DNA from: Candidatus Zambryskiibacteriota bacterium
Lineage (GTDB): Bacteria; Patescibacteriota; Minisyncoccia; Phycocordibacterales; DATDWN01
DNA: 60,303 bases
NCBI GenBank assembly: GCA_003173855.1
Contig: PPGI01000010.1
Location: 1 to 60,303, forward strand
Reading direction: 5' to 3'
The notes under the pieces were generated by a model. The model had not been told where the DNA came from. It did no database searches and saw only the letters and a list, made by a program, of their open reading frames with translations. The translations under genes and the position numbers were made by a program. How positions within the stretch are numbered: the first letter of the stretch is position 1; every line of letters begins with the position of its first letter. Positions 57,282 through 60,303 of this stretch are shown one piece after another.

Positions 57282-59525
57282 ATGTATTTAAAATCGATTG
57301 AATTATCAGGATTTAAGTCATTTGCGAAAAAGGTGGAGCTTACATTTAACTCAAAAGTTTCAGCTATTGTCGGACCAAATGGTTCTGGGAAATCAAACAT
57401 TGCTGAAGCCTTTCGATTTGTACTTGGTGAGCAGTCAATCAAATCACTTCGCGGGAAAAAAGGTGAAGATCTGATTTTTAATGGTGCTGGAGATTTGCCT
57501 CGGGCAAATCGTGCGTCGGTTAAAGTAACTTTTGATAATTCATCTAAGTTTTTGCCAATTGATTTTGATGAGGTAACAATTGAACGTGTTGTTCACCGCG
57601 ATTCTGTAAACGAGTATTTAATAAATGGTTCGCAAGTAAGACTTAAAGATGTAGTTGAGCTTTTAGGAAGTGCGCATATTGGTGCATCTGGGCACCACAT
57701 AATTTCGCAAGGTGAAGCAGATCGAATTTTGAATGCATCAATCAAGGAGCGAAAAGCAATGATTGAAGATGCTCTGGGACTTAAAATGTATCAGTACAAA
57801 AAAATTGAAAGTGAAAGAAAGTTAGAAAAAACTCGAGAAAATATTAAGCAAGTTGAAAGTTTGCGAAGAGAAATTGCTCCACATTTAAAATTTTTAAAAA
57901 AGCAGGTTGAGAAAGTTGAGAAATCAATCCAAATGAAAGATGAGTTAACCAAGGAAGCTAAGGAATATTTAAAACGGGAGGATGATTATATTAAACAAAC
58001 TGAAGCACATATTAATAATGAAAAAGCTCCACTTCTAAAAAAGGAAAAGGAACTAGAGAAAGAATTGAACGATGCAAAACATGTTTTAGAAAAAGCGAAA
58101 AATAAAGATGTTAAAAGTGAGGAGTTAATCGAACTTGAAAAAAGTTTGCACAATATACGGGATGAAAAAGATTCACTATCACGCGATTTTGGAAGACTGG
58201 ATGGGGAACTTTCGTCACTCGTGAAAATTGTTAAAAAGCAGGAGGAAATTGCTCATTCAAGTGAACATAAAACAGTAACACTTGTTTCAGTTGAACAACT
58301 ATCGACAAAAATTGAAGATAGAGTAAATAATGCAAAATCATCAAATGATGTTTCTGTATTAATTAAAACTCTTGATGAAGTAGCTCTATTAGTTTCAGAT
58401 TTTATTGATCGAAATAAAGAAAAAATTGATAACTCACTGATCGTAGATGCTCAAAGAGATATCGAAACTCTCAGGAAATCAAAAAAACAAATTGAGAAAA
58501 CACTAGAGGAAATCAGGGAAAAAGAAGAAGAATTTACGACAAGATACAATTCATTAAAATCAGAAATTGAAAAAGAAAAGGATCGTAATAGAGATGCCGA
58601 AAAAGCTGTTTTTCGAATAATGGCCGAATCCCAGGAAGTTCGCTCAAAATTACATGATCTGGATTCAAAACAGAATAATTTAAATTTAGTTAAGGAAGAT
58701 TACAGGCGAGAACTAACAGAGCTCGGACACTTGTTGGGACAATATATTTTGGATTTTAAAAACCTAGATTTTGATTATAACGAGCCAAGATCAAATCAAG
58801 AAGAACGCAGAAGAAAAATTGAAAAAATAAAAATTCGACTGGAGGATTCTGGTGGTATTGGTGCGACAGATGTTATGAAAGAATTTAGCGAAGCGACTGA
58901 CCGAGATCAATTTTTGGAAAAAGAACTTGTTGATTTGGATAAGTCAGCGACATCACTTACTGAATTAATTACTGATTTGGATAATAGATTATCTACAGAA
59001 TTTAAAACGGGAGTTGAAAAAATAAACCATCAATTTCGAGAATATTTTGCTCTTATGTTTGGTGGGGGAGATGCAAAGCTTTCGGTTACAGTTGCTCCAA
59101 AGAAAAAGAAAAAAGATACAGATATTCCACTGGATGAAGATTTGGAAACGGAAGATATTGAAGAATCCGAAGAAGGTATTGATATTGATGTTAATTTGCC
59201 GAAGAAAAAAGTAAAAGGTCTGATGATGTTGTCAGGAGGTGAAAGAGCGCTAACATCAATTGCGCTTCTCTTTGCAATTTCTCAAGTAAATCCACCACCG
59301 TTTATTATTTTAGATGAAACTGATGCCGCGCTTGATGAAGCAAATTCTAAAAAATATGGAGATATGGTTGAAAGCCTTTCAAGTCGTTCTCAACTTATTG
59401 TTATTACTCATAACCGCGAAACAATGTCTCGGGCTGGAATTCTTTATGGTATAACAATGGGTTCGGGAGGAGGGTCGAAATTATTAAGCGTCGCCTTCGA
59501 TGAAGCAGTTGCTGTCGCCAAATAA
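57282..59525 (+). CDS. smc: SMC-family ATPase, short (747 aa)
   Basis: MYLKSIELSGFKSF, GPNGSGKSN Walker A, ISQG Q-loop, LSGGE signature, ILDETDAALD Walker B/D-loop, ITH. Confidence 0.9.
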   Translation: MYLKSIELSGFKSFAKKVELTFNSKVSAIVGPNGSGKSNIAEAFRFVLGEQSIKSLRGKKGEDLIFNGAGDLPRANRASVKVTFDNSSKFLPIDFDEVTIERVVHRDSVNEYLINGSQVRLKDVVELLGSAHIGASGHHIISQGEADRILNASIKERKAMIEDALGLKMYQYKKIESERKLEKTRENIKQVESLRREIAPHLKFLKKQVEKVEKSIQMKDELTKEAKEYLKREDDYIKQTEAHINNEKAPLLKKEKELEKELNDAKHVLEKAKNKDVKSEELIELEKSLHNIRDEKDSLSRDFGRLDGELSSLVKIVKKQEEIAHSSEHKTVTLVSVEQLSTKIEDRVNNAKSSNDVSVLIKTLDEVALLVSDFIDRNKEKIDNSLIVDAQRDIETLRKSKKQIEKTLEEIREKEEEFTTRYNSLKSEIEKEKDRNRDAEKAVFRIMAESQEVRSKLHDLDSKQNNLNLVKEDYRRELTELGHLLGQYILDFKNLDFDYNEPRSNQEERRRKIEKIKIRLEDSGGIGATDVMKEFSEATDRDQFLEKELVDLDKSATSLTELITDLDNRLSTEFKTGVEKINHQFREYFALMFGGGDAKLSVTVAPKKKKKDTDIPLDEDLETEDIEESEEGIDIDVNLPKKKVKGLMMLSGGERALTSIALLFAISQVNPPPFIILDETDAALDEANSKKYGDMVESLSSRSQLIVITHNRETMSRAGILYGITMGSGGGSKLLSVAFDEAVAVAK

Positions 59526-59570
59526 GCCAAAGGGCGGATAAAATTGAATCCGCCCTCTTAATCAAAACCA

Positions 59571-59867
59571 CTAGTTAACAATTTTCTCCACTATTTCGTG
59601 CCTGACGATCGCGAGTACTGAGTCAAGCCAATTATCAAAATATCTTGGCTTGCCACATAACGAACAGATCTGGTGTTCCCACCTTTTGAACCTTGATTTT
59701 TCGATGCAGAGAAGCTGTGACCCTGCCGAGTCCACTTCACTATGCAGGCAAAAAACCCACTGGTGTTGATGTACATCTCCTCTGTGTAAGATGTCCTCGA
59801 CGGTAGACTCACCGTCCTCAAGCACAATTCTTTCGTAGCGAATTATCCTGTGCACGAGATCCTCCAA
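59571..59867 (-). CDS. Hypothetical protein (orphan); true start may be GTG at 59855
   Basis: ggagg precedes GTG; hairpin AGGGCGGAT/ATCCGCCCT at 59530-59555. Confidence 0.5.
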   Translation of the reverse strand: MEDLVHRIIRYERIVLEDGESTVEDILHRGDVHQHQWVFCLHSEVDSAGSQLLCIEKSRFKRWEHQICSLCGKPRYFDNWLDSVLAIVRHEIVEKIVN

Positions 59868-59903
59868 AGAAATCGTAGCAAAATATTGAATTTATACAAA
59901 TAA

Positions 59904-60303
59904 CTAAATCAAAATATAATCCAAAACTCTCTTCTCAAGATCTGCTCCAACAACTTTAAATTTTACAATATCACCCAAAGTATATTTCTTTTTTGATTTT
60001 TGTCCGATGACAGTATAATTTTTCTCATCAAGAGACCAATAATCATCACCCAAATCACGAAGTTTTACCATTCCCTCACATTTTGTTTCTTTCTCTTCAA
60101 TATAGATACCCCATTCCGTTACTCCAGTAATTGTTCCCTCGAATATCTCACCAATATGTTCTTTCATGTACTCGACTTGCTTGTATTTTATCGAAGCGCG
60201 TTCAGCATCAGCCGCCTTTTTCTCAAGCTCAGAAGATTCTAGACAAATTCTTTCAAATTTTTCATATTCGTTTTGTTCAATTTTTCCATCTTTCAATTCT
60301 CGT
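59904..60303 (-). CDS. rnr: Ribonuclease R, C-terminal part (continues past window)
   Basis: A.DAERAS.KYKQVEYM..HIGE.FEG.ITGVTEWG, CEGMV, S1 domain. Confidence 0.88.
   Translation of the reverse strand, partial: RELKDGKIEQNEYEKFERICLESSELEKKAADAERASIKYKQVEYMKEHIGEIFEGTITGVTEWGIYIEEKETKCEGMVKLRDLGDDYWSLDEKNYTVIGQKSKKKYTLGDIVKFKVVGADLEKRVLDYILI

Overview
AT-rich bacterial chromosome segment, most consistent with a Patescibacteria/CPR (Parcubacteria-like) genome. This is inferred from streamlined housekeeping proteins (short EF-Ts, PheRS and ThrRS lacking accessory domains, 747-aa SMC, Zn-free L31/L32), Pro-Thr-linker secreted proteins and the absence of biosynthetic operons. TGA serves as a stop codon, so standard code 11 applies. 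Core genes: rnj, secG, groES/groEL, lemA, nrdAB, gap-rpiB-rpe-tkt and pfkB/fba carbon metabolism, rplY, rpmE2, prfA, rpsB, tsf, pheST, gyrB, thrS, dnaE, rnhB, rpmF, nusB, rnc, smc, partial rnr, and 4 tRNAs. Main items for follow-up: (1) a ~270-nt promoter- and terminator-bounded intergenic RNA with a predicted pseudoknot and kissing loop between nrdB and gap; (2) a tRNA-bracketed ~10-kb surface-glycan locus (processive GT2, an unannotated 33-aa membrane peptide, a GH26-like protein apparently lacking its nucleophile, a CE4 deacetylase with an internally inserted CBM copy, several cell-wall-binding modules and a shared VLG[EA]S motif); (3) families of ~120-bp palindromic elements that sit at stop codons or tRNA 3' ends and have copy-specific inverted ends; (4) a class Ic-type (Tyr to Phe) RNR R2; (5) a contrast between leaderless core genes and SD-bearing orphan single-gene islets. 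No CRISPR array, transposase, integrase or rRNA was seen. All calls come from motif reading without database searches.
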